A stretch of DNA of 64,000 nt from the human T2T-CHM13v2.0 reference genome, Homo sapiens. Every line of letters begins with the position of its first letter. The stretch's first letter is position 1. The DNA lies in NCBI RefSeq assembly GCF_009914755.1, contig NC_060936.1. One strand, 5' to 3'. Both the position numbers and the translations under genes were made by a program. The notes beneath the pieces were generated by a model. It worked only from the letters and a program-made list of their open reading frames with translations. It was not told the origin of the DNA and did not search any database. Below are positions 43,831 through 58,695 of the stretch, in pieces.

Positions 43831-43914
43831 GGCAGAATTAGCACCAAAAACCTATCCTCTAGAAGGTGGAATTATCAGCAAGACAAGAAAATGATATTCT
43901 TGTTTACCCATTTT

Positions 43915-44325
43915 AGTGCCTGTGTCAACCAGATGTTCCCTTCAGAACTGAGACCCTCATTTTCCCACTCTGGAAGTATTGATGGCTGATGGCTCACAGC
44001 TGAGTTCCTCCCAAAGCATTGCTCTGACCAAAAGGAGCTGCCAGACTCGAGGATATTGTCCCCCTTAAGAGGACACTGCCTCTAATGGCTGATCAATGAG
44101 TGAGTATAAAAGCCTGAGGTCACCTCAATTCAGGCATGTCTGAAGGATCATCCTGGCTCCAGCGCTTCCAAAGGGGAATCAGATAAAGCCTCTGTTGAAA
44201 TCATATACTGGGTCAATTTCTCCCTCTGTGCCATCATCCTTCCCTCTCTTGCCTACATCATTCCTATGTGTCCTCCCCACTAAACCTCCTGCATGCAATC
44301 TCAGTGTCGGTTTCCATGAAACTGA
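43915..44325 (+). mobile_element. LTR16C-like LTR
   Basis: gctgatggctcacagctgagt, gtataaaagcc, taaacctcctgcatgcaa. Confidence 0.75.
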
Positions 44326-44556
44326 ATATTCAATGCCTATCTCTAAACAAGTCACCAGATGTTCTAGACAAATCAGGGCCCATCCTGGAGCTGGGAGTGG
44401 AATCAGTCCCACCCACATCCCATGGCTGCCCCACGGTGGGAGAGGGTTGGGATGTATCTTGAGAAATAACTGCACTGTCTGCTACATAATAAGGCATACT
44501 GGGTGATGTAAAAGACGTATGAACAATATCACAGTCCAATGGCTGAGCCATTATAG

Positions 44557-45034
44557 GCATAGAGAAAGAAAAAAGCAGGCCCTGACATCCAGAAATAGTC
44601 ACCGGTAGACCTCAATATTATTACAAGCTGATCTGACACTCACAGCCAGGCTATAGTTCTCCTGTTGGACATAGACAATCTCACAGAACACCAACCTCAG
44701 ACAAGCTTATTCTGAACCACGATAAAATGAAACAAAACAAGGTCACTACCTAATTTTGTCCATGCACAAAAACAAGGTCACTCTGCCCCCTGTAATGCAC
44801 TCAATCATAGAATTGCCTGGATTTCTGATGGTATCTGACCTAGAGCAAATCTTTAATTTCTTAAGCCCTCCACAAATCACCCAACCAAAGTCCAAATCTT
44901 CTAGTAGTTTCTTTCTAACACAGTTGCTAAGATAGTGTCCTTAAAGTATGTTCTCCCTAAATCAATGAGTAGTAAGCCCAGCTTGTTTAATTATCAGTGT
45001 GTTCCTGGTGGTCTTTGGCTGGAGGGCATTGGTA
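44557..45034 (+). mobile_element. MER67-like (ERV1) LTR
   Basis: cacagaacaccaacctcagacaag; terminus gtgttcctggtggtctttggctggagggcattg. Confidence 0.65.
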
Positions 45035-46416
45035 GCCTTCAATCAGTGTTTGTATGGTGAATAACTGGGTGTGTAAATGGCTATGTTGCCCCTCTTTCAA
45101 GAAAGGCTTAACAGAAGACCTTTGAGCTGGTTCTTAAAGGAAGATTGAGCTTTTCCAAGCAAAGCAGGGTCAGAGAGAAGTCATTCCAAGCAAAGGAAGC
45201 AAGATGTGCAAAGGTTGGCATCACTGAAATGAAGGATGAAGAGTCCATATGGGTGGGGTGTTGGGTGGACCGGAAGGGTGCTAGGACCAAATGTGGATAT
45301 CCTTGTAAGTCACAACTAATCTTTTAGGCAAAGAGGACAGAGAAGCAGGAGAGAGACAGAGAGCTCGAAATTTGAAATCTGATTGCAGAGAGTATTACTG
45401 GAGTAGCCATAACTATTTTTCCTCCAACCCTTTCTTTCTTTTTTGGAGAGAAGGAGAAGACATTTGCTTTGGTTGAAGCAAAATTGCATATTTTGAGTTT
45501 TCTCAGTTTTCCCAACCTGACATTTAAGGCGCACACCTAACAACACTGAGCCCTTAATTCCCTGGATATTGTGAATGCTTCGAAGACATCATGGCCTTCT
45601 CTCAAAGGTTTGATAACTTGCACTTCACTATATAATTCCTCTTGCTTGTCAGAAGTGCAATTCAGCTGGTCACTTCCTCTGTTATTTATAATTAAATGAC
45701 TTACCATACATTCCTTAAAAGAGACTTCCAGATGCCCTGATAGAAAATGCCAATGTCTTCCCACTTCCTTGTGTGTGTCCACCTTTGACTCTCCATTCGT
45801 GGCGCCCCCAAGATGACCTTCATCGTCTAGGGGTCTTATCTCTAGGACCTCCCAGGCCGTACGATTCCTGCAGTCCCTCCGTCTGTGTTTAAGTCTTGCT
45901 TGTGCTCCACAAAATCCTTCTGCCTTAACAGCCCTACAGCTGCACGGCCTCCTCTTCTGTTCCCTTCTGTCTGTCTTGCCCTGCCCTGCCACTGAGCACT
46001 CAGATTTTATAACATCTTGCCTTGCCAACTGGTTTTGTGAGTATCATATAAGTATCTGTTAATTATAGATCTTTTACAAATAACATATACCTGATACAGC
46101 TGAAGGAGACTGAAATGTCCCCACTCTTACAAATCCATGTTAGTGCTGCCCTAGACTACCCTTAAAAAGAATTTTGTGTATATTTGTGAAATCCACATTT
46201 TCTACTTTTACTCTCTCTATATATATCTCAATAACCTATGTATTACTTTGTGCTTTTAAACATAAAGATAATCATAGTGTTGTATCATTTTATTCTATGC
46301 TTTTTATACTCACAATTATGTTTTAAGATTCAGTTTTGTTAATATATGCAAAGCTTTTAGAACAGTGCCTGTAAACACCATATAAGTATTAGCTACTATT
46401 ATTTTCAGTATTATTA

Positions 46417-46712
46417 TTATTGTTATTTTGAGGCAGCATCTCATTCTGTCACCCAGGCTGAGTGCAGTGGCATGATCACAGCTCACTACGCCTCAACCTC
46501 CCAGGGTCAAGTGATCTTCCAACCTCAGCCTCCTGAGTAGCTGGGACTAACTACAGGCATGCACCCCATGTCCAGCTAATTTTTGTATTTTTGGTAGAGA
46601 TGAGATCTCACCATGTTGCACAGGCTGGTCTCAAACTCCTGGGCTCAAGCAATCTGCTTGCTTCAGCCTCCCAAAGTGCTGGGATTACAGGTGTGAACCA
46701 CCACACCCAGCC
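46417..46712 (-). mobile_element. AluJ
   Basis: J diagnostics; TSD tattattttca(g/a)tattatta starting at 46397 and 46713. Confidence 0.92.
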
Positions 46713-46818
46713 TATTATTTTCAATATTATTAATAAATGTATTTACATCATTCCTTGTAATTATAGTAAGCTAACATTGATCATACAACATTTTATTTAT
46801 CCCATTCCTCTCTTGATG

Positions 46819-47438
46819 TGTTGGGACTTAGAAAACGACACCCCAGAGTGAAGGCCTCTGAAGCAAAGTCTCTCTCTGACCTTCTCCTACTCTCCTGTCT
46901 CTTGCCCCTCATTCTTCCCTAAGGCAAGCCATAGAAAATGTGATTCCTCTTCCCCAAGGCAGATCTTAGAAACCAAAACAGATTTTACATGAAGCCAGTC
47001 ATAAAACCTAAAAATATTACTGTAATCTTCCCCTGCCTTTCTGTGTAAGAACTGGCTGCAAAGAAATTAAGACCCTCGTCCCAGAGGGTTCCTATTCCAT
47101 ACCTGGGAGAAAGAAATGCTGCACAGAGAGGCCAAGAAGAAGCTGAGCTGACGGGGCTTGATAGGTATCGCGACTCGGTCTATTTCCATTAGATTATTCC
47201 TGTTTCCCCCAATTGTAGTTCTACATGGCTGTACATTCTTCATTGAACCTAAGCATAAAAAAAGGGATCAATTTTTCCTGGATCTTTGGTCTCCATTCTG
47301 AAGACTCTCATGTCTCATAAAACTGTGATCAAATAAATGTATTATGCTTTTCTCTTGTTAGCTTGTCTTTGTTATAGGGGTGTTGGCCATGACCCTTATG
47401 ACAGGGAGGAAAGGGATCACCTTCTTTCTGCCCCTAAG
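46819..47438 (+). mobile_element. MER39-like (ERV1) solo LTR nested in old antisense L1ME
   Basis: tgttgggacttagaaaacgacacccc start; tgctgcacagagaggccaagaagaa; L1 resumes at atttaggttgtttcca. Confidence 0.75.
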
Positions 47439-47794
47439 GTACATATTTAGGTTGTTTCCAATTTTTCACAATTAATTATCAGCAGTATCCCAAAGAATAT
47501 CCTTAAATATGCCATGTTCATATGTTCAAGAGTTGGTATTTGCTTAAAAGTGGACTTGCTGGGCTGTAAGGAGAATGTATTTTAGGTTTTGCTAGCTATT
47601 GTCAAATTGTTTCCCAAAATGTCTGTACCCTCAGCAGTGTATGAGAATTCTTATTTTTCTATCTTTGCCAACCACCACTGATTTTTTCAAAAGTTTGTGA
47701 GTACAAAGTAATAATCTTGTTTTAACTTGCATTCTTCTTTTCATTAATACGTGATATTTGTACATTTTTTTTCTCTCCATTTATTGGCCATTAT

Positions 47795-48112
47795 GCACTG
47801 GGCCTTAACCTTTGCTGGGGTCTTAGACGCCTTTGAGAATTTACTTCAGAAAAATACACACATATATATATATACACACATACACTTTATAAACACATTG
47901 AGGGGCTTCACAGAGTCCCTGAAGACCCATCCACAAAGCCCCTTCAGAGCAGAGACTCTCGAGCTTTTAGTAGATATGAGAACCTTCTGGGAAGTTTTTA
48001 AAAATGCAGATTCCTAGGACCCATCTTTGAGGATCCTGACTCAGAGGGCCCTAGCTAGGAACTGAAGGGCTGGTGCAGGTGATTAAAAAAAGAAAGAAAG
48101 AAAGAAAGAAAG
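47795..48112. mobile_element. hAT-Charlie fragments (Charlie4z/MER5A-like) plus (AAAG)n
   Basis: cttaaccttt...ctttgagaat; aaaaatgcagattcctaggaccc. Confidence 0.55.
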
Positions 48113-49721
48113 ACAACCAAGACTATACTTTCAGGGGCCATTTCTGTAGTTCGTTAAGAAAGACAATCTTGAGTTTCTGGATTCCCAGTAAGAACTCCTA
48201 TTTCTGCTTTCCAAAACGTTCCCTTCTCCTACAGCTATGAAGCAAAGGATAAAGTCACCAAGTTTAATGTACTAAAGCTGTAACTTGCCTTTAAATTGAT
48301 GCTGTAGCTACTTTTAAATCCATGGTTACTTCTGCAGATATACCTTGTGCCTCTCTCCTCCTTAGCTGGAAAGGTCGGTGAGGGAATGAATAAATAGGGT
48401 GACATGTGAGACAAAGAAAAACACAAGGAAAGGAAAAAAAATTAGGAAATTCGAAGCTATTCAGAAAATGCTACATAAAAAGCATCATCCTACTAAATAT
48501 GAACAGCTTGTGTTTGGAATGGTTTGTGTTTCTAATTTTATTTCATGAGCAAGCTCATTTTTTTTTCTCTGCCAGATACTTCAAAGATTCTCTTGCAAAA
48601 AGAAGGAAATAAATTTATTTTCCTCTTGGATCCAAATTCACATAAATGATTCTGTTGTAAGATGAAGAAAATTGATTGCTTCAATGGCAAATAAGATACT
48701 TTTTTAATTTAAAAATTTAGTACTAAGGAAATCATGTGCCAGGGAATTCTCAAAACATTTTGAGAGAGGTTGAGAATCCCGGTATGATGAGATGATGATG
48801 TTACTCATGCACATATTCCCCCGCTTTCTTTTTCAAGCCTGCAAGTGTCAAGACAGAGTTAATCCTTATTTTTGACTCAGTCACACGCAAATGCGTTCTT
48901 CTCTGAGCTGGTCAGTGGCCAGTATCCTCTTGAACCTTTGGTGGAATTCAGGTCCGTGAATGATGCCAGGAACAAGAATTAGGATCTGATTCTAGGACTT
49001 TATAATGACTCACTCGGTACCTTTGTCCAGTAACAATAGAAAAATGACTCGGTTGCTCTATCCATGAAACTAGGGCAGTGATGCTGGCTGCCTGCCTCAC
49101 ACAGGGTTGAGGGGAAACCAGGCTTACAAAATGACAGAGGTCTCCGGAGCACGGGCATCACATGGGAGGAGGTGGGGGTATCTTCACAGAGCCAGAAGAC
49201 AACAGAGGGGGCAACCTGACACAGAACCAAAGGAGGTCCTTGAACCCTGCCACACCAGCCTGGGTGGAGGGTATTCTGTATACACTGTATACACTGGAGA
49301 ACATGGAATGAAGTCAACTTACATCTTTTGTCTTTCTGGAGACCATCTTTTTACTTTCACACATTACTCATGGATTAAGAAGAAAAGTGGTGGCCATGAC
49401 ATTTTCTAACATTTTCTGGTATCCATTATCTTGTTCGCTTGGCCATACAGTGCTTCTTATACTCTAGATTTTCAGATTCTAGACAGTATGTTCATTAAAA
49501 GCAGGAATTAAAATTGACATATAGATATACATAGACGTGTGTGTGGTGGGTAAGGTGCCTGGCACTCAATATAAACACTGGATATAATAAATGAGTGAAT
49601 TCCTACACACAGAAAAACACAACACACACAAACACAAATAAGTCAGCATTTTTCCAGGACCCAAGCCACAAGGAAGAAGATTTGGGGAGTGGGAGACTTC
49701 TGCTGCCAACCTCATTCCTGC

Positions 49722-50135
49722 CTGTATTATTTAGGATATAAATACCATTGCAGTAAAGGAGACTGAGTGACCATAACTTAAACAAAATAGAAGTTTGTTT
49801 TTCTCTCATATAACATGGCTGCTCTGTGGTATCACAACCCCAAGTTCCTTCCACCCTTCTTAGAGTGTTATCTCCATCTGCATGGTCCATGTAGCTCACC
49901 GCAGCATCTGCATCCCAGCTGATAGAATAAGGAAAGGAAGGAGAGCATATCTTCCCTTTCAAAAAGGCTGTATTTCTTGGGCCAGAACTTAGTCACATGA
50001 CCACATCTAGCTGCAAGGGAGGCTGGGAAATGTAGTCTTTATTCTGAGTAGCTGTAGATCCAGTTGAAAAATAAGCATTGTCTTAAAAAAATAAAAAATA
50101 AATAAATATTGGGGGAAGTAACTGTCCCTGTCACA
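49722..50135 (-). mobile_element. MLT1J-like LTR
   Basis: ggccagaacttagtcacatgaccacatctagctgcaagggaggctgggaaatgtagtc. Confidence 0.8.
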
Positions 50136-50213
50136 CTGAAAAAATAAAAGCACAAAGATGTAGGTTTCTCAGAATCACTAGAAAAATTCCCAGTAAACCT
50201 AGGACTAGTACTA

Positions 50214-50390
50214 GGCTGGGTGCAGTGGCTTGCACCTGTAATCCCAGCTACTTGGGTGGCTGAGGCAGAAGGATGGCTTGAGGTCAGGAGTTTGAGACTA
50301 GCCCAGTCAATATAGTGAGACTCTCATCTCTAAAATATAAATTAGCCAGTCATGGTGGCACACATAGAACAAGATCCTATCTCTAAAAAG
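50214..50390 (+). mobile_element. AluJ with most of the right arm deleted
   Basis: Left monomer, linker, attagccagtcatggtggcac, then Alu 3' end. Confidence 0.8.
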
Positions 50391-50872
50391 GAAGTAGCTA
50401 ATACTTAGTTGGTCTCACAAGCATGTCAATCTACTAAGCAGATGTTCACTCCAGAGAAAGACAGTTCTCAACTTCTTACATTTGCCTTTTAAACAATTTA
50501 CACTTTCCTCTATTAATCTCTGATAAATTTAAGCTTCATTTCCCATACCAAATTTGGGTTTTCATACTGCAGGTAGAATTTTATATTTTCTGACCTCTAG
50601 GAGAATAAATGCCCAACCTGATCACCACACATACAAGGCTAGAAGATGAATACATTTGGTGTGAAATCAGAGATCTGCCAGCATTCAGCTTGGGAAATAA
50701 GAATAAAAAGCCAAGGAGCCTGTCCAGAATAGGTAAGGTTACGAATGATCAGACAACCTAATAGTGATAATTAACGTAACCATAACATAGTTAAAATCTA
50801 TGGAGGACTTACTTTGCATCAAATGCTTTGCCCACATCATTTTATTTAGAATTTTCTTTTAATGTTGGAGGG

Positions 50873-51226
50873 TGTATTAGTCTATTTTCATGCTGCTGAT
50901 AAAGACATATCCAAGACTGGGCAATTTACAAAAGAGAGAGATTTATTGGATTTACAGTTTCATGTGGCTGGGGAGGCCTCATAGTCATGGTGGAAAGTGA
51001 AAGGCACATCTCACAAGGTGGCAGACAAGAGAAGAGAGCTTGTGCCGAGAAACTCCTGTTTTAAAAACCATCAGCTCTCCTGAGACCCATTGACTATCAT
51101 GAGAATAGCACCAGAAAGACCGCCCGATGATTCAACCATCTCCCACCAGGTCCCTCCCACAACATATGGGAATTATGGGAGCTACTAGATGAGATTTGGG
51201 TGGGGACACAGAGCCAAACCATATCA
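50873..51226 (-). mobile_element. THE1A-like solo LTR nested in a MIR
   Basis: Perfect 5-bp TSD gaggg at 50868-50872 and 51227-51231. Confidence 0.92.
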
Positions 51227-51383
51227 GAGGGCTATCCTGTTACTAACCCTATTTATAGTCAAGGAAATGGGCTTAGAAAAAAGTTGAGGAACTTGACCAA
51301 GATCACACAAATACCAATTGACAGAGCCTGGACCTTAACTCAAGAATCTAACTCTACTGTTGGTACCTGAAATCACTGATCAC

Positions 51384-51818
51384 TGTGGAGTCTCAATTAA
51401 AGAAAAAGACAGGCTGGTGGGAGCAGGGAAAAGCAACAAAAAAAGGCAAATACACTATAAGTCTGCCTTTCTTCATGGTCCAGGACATACAGACCTCCTG
51501 TGCAAATAATTCATAATCTTCCTGTGTCCAGCTATCACCAGACCCTCAGCTAATACAAAAAATGCAAGTTAGCTCCCTGCAAACTTGGTATTAGCAGTAC
51601 TGCACGTAGCATTCTGCAGCCCAAAACCGTCCTATAAAATCTCCAGCAAGCCTTTGTCTCCTGGCAGTCAGCTTCTGTTCTGCTGATTTGCCCGTTGCTT
51701 TCTTGCAATGTATTTTCATACTTTCTCTAATAAATTTACCTTTCTTTATCTACAACTGTCTTGGTAAATTCTTTTACCTCCACGCCACTGGCCCAGATAA
51801 TCATCACTCCCCAGCAAT
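51384..51818 (+). mobile_element. ERV1 solo LTR (LTR23-like)
   Basis: tgtggagtc start; tataagtctgcctttcttcatggtccagg; TATA cctataaaa; aataaa. Confidence 0.65.
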
Positions 51819-53229
51819 AATCTCTACCACTACGCTGATGGCAAGGAGGACAGTGAGCAATGTCCCACGCATCCTTCCCGCCCACCATCACATGGATAGG
51901 TATCAATCTTGTTGTTCATCCTATCTGGGAGTATTGAGTTTGGTGACCTAAAAAAGAATATAAAAGTTCCAACCATCAGTATTTAAGAAGTGATCTCAGA
52001 AATTTACTTAAATCTCCACATAACCTTTGTAAAACAAAAAAATCCAGAAAAAACTTGAAATATATTAAAAGAGACTTCAAACTTTGATGAAAATGTTTTG
52101 TAATTACTAAAGTTTACAAAATCTACACTATTGCAGATGGTCATATCTACAAACTACTCTTTTATGGCACTTACTGCTATTGGAATTCATCACGTAATAA
52201 TTTGTGTAAGTTTACCTTGCCAGTGGAGAGAAGACTCCAAGAAGGTGTTTGTTCCTAAATCGGGAACAGAATAGGTGTCCAATAATTATTTACTGAGTGA
52301 ATCAATGTTTTTCTTTCAACATATCTTTTTAGAATTATTTGCCACTTATTAGAAATAGTTAATATAAATAATTATATTATTAGATGTTGCTGTGCTTCAA
52401 AATTTGATACTAAGAGCTTGCACTATAAAAAGTTTTGCTTAATCCGTGTTAACTTATCACAGGAATTTAATATCCCACTGACTTGTGTGTGTCTGTGTTC
52501 CCTGTGGGATTTCATTTCTATTAATAAGTTTGTTTACTGGACTACTTTTTGCCCCCAACATTTCGTGTGGTCGGTTTTAAATTTGACACTGCTGGATATG
52601 AAGGAGTCAAGTCATTAAGAACTCAAACTGCTTTAGAACATGGTAATTATGCTCCAAGTGGAATGAACCGTGGATCCATCTGACTTTAATAAATCCATTC
52701 TTGAAAAGAAATCTCTTCTCCCTGAGATATATAATTAATGTAACATGAAGTCTAAAACTAAATTTCTCCCCAGAAATTCCAGGTGAAAATTTCAGGACAC
52801 TTTTTACCCTAGAATTTTGATTCTTCGTCACATAGGCAGACAGATTCTTACTAAGTATGCACAAATGCTTAACGGGCCCAAGAGACTTTGACTTCCTTAA
52901 GGTTTTCTAAATGGTTGCTCTCTCAAATGCATGTTCATGTTACTGTTTCCTTTTGTGAGCAAGCCCTCCCTCCACAGCTCCCTCTCAATCCAGCCTTTCA
53001 GCTGCAGGATTGTAAAGAACTGAGGATTCCCCAATGTGAGAATTGACCAAGAGTTTATATACCCCACTACCTTTTATAGGTTGTGGGAGCCATTCGTCTC
53101 AAAAGGAGAACAGCGCCCTGGTGTCTTTGTGAGTTTGCATCAAGGGCTCCTCACTGAACAGAATGTTTGCTAGAAAAAGACATGCAGATTGGTTAGCTAG
53201 TTTTTTTCCATGAAGATTTCCCCCCACCC

Positions 53230-54060
53230 CAACTTTTTATTTTGAAAATTTTCAAGCCTACAGAAAAGTTGAAAGCACAGTTCAATGAACACCCATAAAC
53301 CTTTCACAAAGATTAATCAGTTGTTAACATTTGTCATGTCCCAAAGAACATTTTCTACCTCTTTACATATCTGTATGTGTGTGCTTACAAATATAGAAAC
53401 AGGGTCTTGCTATATTGCCCAGGCTGGAGTGTAGTGGCAATTCAGAGCCCCAAGCATGGCTCACTACAGTCCCAAACTCCTGAGCTCAAAAGATCCATGA
53501 TCTTCACCTTCCTGAGTAGCTAAGACTACAGGCATGTGCCACACACCCAGCGTGTGTCTGTGTGTGTATGTGTGTGTGTTATTGAACCATTTGAAAGTAA
53601 GTTGCAGGAATCATGATGCTATACCCTTAAATACTTACTCTTATTTGTCCTAAAAAAAAGGATACTTTCCTACATAGTTATAATATCATTGTCATACCCA
53701 AGAAACTTTCCTTTGATTCAATAACATTATCTAATATACAGTCCACAATCACATTTCCCCAGTTGTTCTATAATGTATTTTACAGTTGGGTTTTTTTAGG
53801 GGAGTGCCTATCTGTATTCATTCAAGATTCATGCATTGCATTTAGTTATCATGTACATTTAGTCTCTTTTAATCTAATTCTACCTACCTCCAGCCCTGCC
53901 TTTTTGGTTTTGCTCTGTCCTTTCAAGTTTTTTGAAGAGTTTAGGGCAGTTGTCTGGCAGAATGTGCCCTAATCTGGTTTTATGTGATTGTTTCCTTGTG
54001 ATTCAATTCTGCTTAAGCAATTTTGGCAAGAATGATACAATGAGATGCTGTTCCCATGAA
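53230..54060 (-). mobile_element. L1MC/MD-like 3' end
   Basis: tttattttgaaaattttcaagcctacagaaaagttg; tgaaccatttgaaagtaagttgcag; attgcatttagtt. Confidence 0.75.
53395..53551 (-). mobile_element. FAM (fossil Alu monomer)
   Basis: Monomer with a 7SL-derived gtggc(t)attca(c)ag-like segment absent from dimeric Alus. Confidence 0.65.
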
Positions 54061-54469
54061 CTTTGAATAAACTCAAGGACAGGGATTTTACCAAGCCTGA
54101 GTGATCAGATTCAAAGAGGCTTAAAAAAAAAGGCATTTTTGAAGATGAGAATTTAGTAAGTATATGGCTCTTCATAGCAGGGTGAGATGTCCCAAGCAAA
54201 ATGAAAAAATGGAGCTTCTAAGATTAGTGTCCAAGATTATTCATGACTTGAAAGAGGCCCTTGTTATGTCAAATCTAGCAACCTTTGTTGAATCATCAGG
54301 ACTGAGATTTGGGCAGAGTCAACCTCTGCTGTTGTAAAGTGGATAATTACTAACTTGGTGCAATTTCAGGAATGCAGAGGCCACTCTTCCCCACTCAGCT
54401 ACACTGCCTCCATTATGGGAGTGGTGACGCCTGTCTGCTATTATTAAAGATCAGAGCTGCTCTCTAATG

Positions 54470-54990
54470 ACTATCTACTATATGTCAGGCCTTGTGCTTA
54501 GTGGTTTATTAATCTGTTCCTTACAAAAACCTCATGAGGTAAACATTATTATTCCCATTTCCTAGGTGGGAAAGTGAGGCTTAACAATGTAACTTCCCCA
54601 AGGACCCAAGCAGCTAATTTAAGATGTGAACCAAAATCTCCCTCCATAACTAAAGTTCCATAATTCCATGTTCCATGTGATGCTCCTCTATTCCCCAGTC
54701 CCAGTCTTACCTCATTCCCTAAATGGCTTTTCCTTCTCTCTCTAGAGCATACATTACACTGGACATCTGATTACCCCATTTTATGCCAATAGATCCTTCT
54801 ACAAATGCTAACCATTATTGTGTGTGCCAGGTCCAGTTTGTGCCAGGCACCTTGCTGAATGCTCTACACACCCAAACTCATTTACTCTTCCCAAGAACCC
54901 CAGAAGGAAGGTGTGCATCAGTAATGTCCTGTGACCACTCTGATAGTAGATGGCAGAAAGAGAATCTGAACCAGATCTGACTTCAAGCCT
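54470..54990 (-). mobile_element. Two MIR fragments
   Basis: attattattcccatttc...gaaagtgaggc; tgtgccaggcac...ctgaaccagatctgacttc. Confidence 0.6.
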
Positions 54991-56083
54991 GAGTTCCTAA
55001 CAAAGATAGGAAGAACAAGGCAACCCCGGATGATACAGTAGCCAGACACTTGCTAGTAAAGGCCAGAACACTGACTCACTAAGCTCTGAACTCCTCTGCC
55101 CCCATGCTGCCAGGGGCACAACCCCAACAGACTGCCCAGCACACTGCCCTAATGGCCATTGACTCATCTGCTCCAACGAGCAAGTCACTGCACAAAACTC
55201 CTCCCCCACAGAAAGGTGTTGGTCCTCCGGCATTCAGAAAGAACCAGGAGCCAACATACCACTCACAGGAAGAAAACGCACACACTGTCTCTATTTGTTA
55301 TTCCTCCTACACAAACTCTTTAAAATGATTGAGTTTAATAAAGGAAGATGTTTCCCTGCAGCTGTAGAGAGGAAATGTTCTAAAGTAAAAATCAGAACAC
55401 AGTCTGACTAGGATCACTATGCCTATAGCAAGGATGTCCTCAAGCGGGGAAAATGAACTCGGCTAAATGCATCCAGTCTGTTCCTCTGGCCCTTCTAATG
55501 AGCAGGACCTGCAGAAGGCGAGGAAGGTTATGGTCGCACCCATAAACACCTCTTGGAGGCACCTGCCTTATCCATGCCCCGTTCTTTCACAAGTGCACCC
55601 CACTCCCGACCCCACTTCCCTGACAAAGCTGACAGCACCAACAGTAGACGCCTGTTAGGGCATCTTTCCTAGATTCTCTCCTAGAGACTGGTATTTAGCA
55701 ATTCCTGCTCTTGAAGGTTCTTGAACTTAGAGCAGTAGAAAGGCCAGGAGGAAAAGCCAGTCTTGGCTGAGCAGAATAAAGCAGCCTCAGTGAGAGATGA
55801 GATGAGAGACAGACACGAGCCCAGGTGGACCCGTCACAGCCCCGTCTCAACACCGCCCAGTGAATCTATCACACATGCCTAGTACATTTGTCTCCCCATT
55901 TCCAAAATGAACATTCTCCTCTCTTGAAACCCCAGCCCACCCATGCCCGCCCTACCCTTCCTTTGAGTCCTGAATTGTATTCCTTATTGCCTTCTCCGGG
56001 ACTCCTCTGTCATAATTATGCCCCCTCATGGATTATTCCCATGAACATAGAGTAATACTGCCCATCTTTTAAAAACAACCTCC

Positions 56084-56476
<393 letters not shown>

Positions 56477-56552
56477 TTACCACCTTCACATTTTAAAAAA
56501 TTTTCTATTCTGTCTTCAGTCCACTTTAGCCAAGCTTCTTTCCCAATCACCT

Positions 56553-56964
56553 TGTTGAAGTCAAAATTAAAATATAGAGACAAATCTCTACAAGTAATGT
56601 TTTCTTTGGCAAGAAAGGATCCCAATGTGGGGTGTACACACAGTCTGGTTGGTTTTTGGTATGTCCAAAGAACAAATAGAAGGTTGGGGATTTTATAAAA
56701 AAGAGAGAGGATTGTTATGTGTGGTCCTGAAAGAAAGTTCATTGTGATTAGCAAAGATTTGGGGAGCTGGCAAGCTCCAATTGGTGGGCGAGGGTGGTGG
56801 GCAAAGTTAGTCCTAGAATTGCAGCAAGTTATCTTAGCAGCTGTAGATAAAACTGGTTTCAGGTTACAACCAGCAGTTTCAGCTGCTGGGCTTGCAGAAA
56901 GTAACATTTCTAGAGCAAGTTGAGCATGACAAGAATGACCCAATTCATATGATCAACTTTCACG
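56553..56964 (-). mobile_element. ERV1 solo LTR (MER93-like)
   Basis: Minus strand starts gtgaaagttgatcatatgaattgggtcattcttgtcat; TATA-like ttttataa; CA end. Confidence 0.55.
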
Positions 56965-57199
56965 ACCCCATGAAGACTGGTGTCATTAAGGTTACTAATG
57001 GCTTTGATGTTTGCCTAATCTAAGGATCACACACTAGTCCTTTCTCACTTGGATGGCCTGCAGCATTTGACAAAATGATGATCATTTTCTCCCATGCAAG
57101 ATTTGCATGACACTCCCTTCTCCTGGCCTTCCTTCTCCTTTTCTGCCTCCTTTTCCATCGCCTTTACTGTGTCCATCTTCTCTTGTTCTCCAAATATTG

Positions 57200-57620
57200 A
57201 GGGAAGGGAGAGTGAGGCAGGAAAGGAAGGAAAACAAACACAATGTTGCATCCCTGAGCTGGCTTTCTCTCAGGATCATGCATGGCCAGTTACTCCATGT
57301 CCCAGGACTTTTCGTCCAAGAGACCACAGGAATGACCACATCTGAGCACTGGCTGTCCAAGGAGAGGAAGAGGGAGGAATTTATCCACCAGCTCCCATTC
57401 CCCAATGGTCAAAAGTTTACTCCACAGGGTGTTAACTCCTCCTCACTTCTCAGTCACTTCTACAGAGGCATTGAGCACGTTTCTGTCATCAATAAGAAAT
57501 CCCCGAGATGGAAAGTGACACCCACAAAAGGTCAGTGGGAGCAACACAGAGCCAGCCACAGAGGCAGAACAAATCTGCAAGGCCCCTGAGGCACGTGAGC
57601 CTGAGAGCACCTGGAGTAGC
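57200..57620 (-). mobile_element. LTR33-like LTR fragment
   Basis: gaatttatccaccagctccc...ggtcaaaagtttactccacagggtgttaactcc. Confidence 0.6.
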
Positions 57621-58354
57621 TCATGACAGGTGTCTATGACACCCCAGTCCTCTGTGCACAACGCCAGACTTGCCAACTTCACATTTCCTCATGAATGTCT
57701 AATAGGTATGTGAAGCTGAACGTGGCCAAAAGAGAACTTTTCTTCCTCTATTCCCCAACTTGCTCTTCCTATATCTTCCCTATCTTGGTCAGTAACATCT
57801 TAATCCAGCTAGTTGCCAACCTAAAAAGTGAAGGGTTACTATAGACCCCTCTTGCATCCTCACCCCACTCATCTATCAGTAGGTCTTGTTGGCTCCAGCT
57901 ACAAAATGTATCCCAAATCCATCCACTTCTCCTGTCTATACTACAACCAACCTAACCCTGCCCATCACCATATCTCAGATAGATTCTGCTTTTCTTAACT
58001 GGTCTGCCTGCTCTTTGTCCCTCTAAAACACAGTCTCCACACAGTTGCAACCAGAGATACTTTCTTTTTTTTTTTTTTTTGCAACATCTCATTATTTAAA
58101 AATTTCAAGCATATATAGAAGTAAAAAGAACAGTAAATCAAAACCCCCACTACCCACCATTAACAAGCATCCAATCATGGCCAATGTCATTCACCTCTAT
58201 CTCTAATTTTGAGGTAAATCTCAGATATTACACCATTTGGTCTATAAATGATCTGATTTTGCATATGTTTGCGTCTCTTAAAGATAGGAACTTTAAAAAT
58301 AACCACATCTAAGGAAAAAATCAATAAAAATTCCAATTAAAAAAACACAAAGTG

Positions 58355-58695
<341 letters not shown>

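Noticed and set aside
45537-46028. 163-aa minus-strand ORF, the longest outside obvious repeats
   Set aside because: It starts at TTG and the first in-frame ATG gives only 56 aa. I see no recognisable domain or convincing splice framing, and such a length is plausible by chance in 64 kb. PhyloCSF or Ribo-seq would settle it.
54940-54960. CTCF-like tagtagatggcag
   Set aside because: Lacks the conserved 5' CC and lies in a MIR fragment; insufficient without ChIP data.
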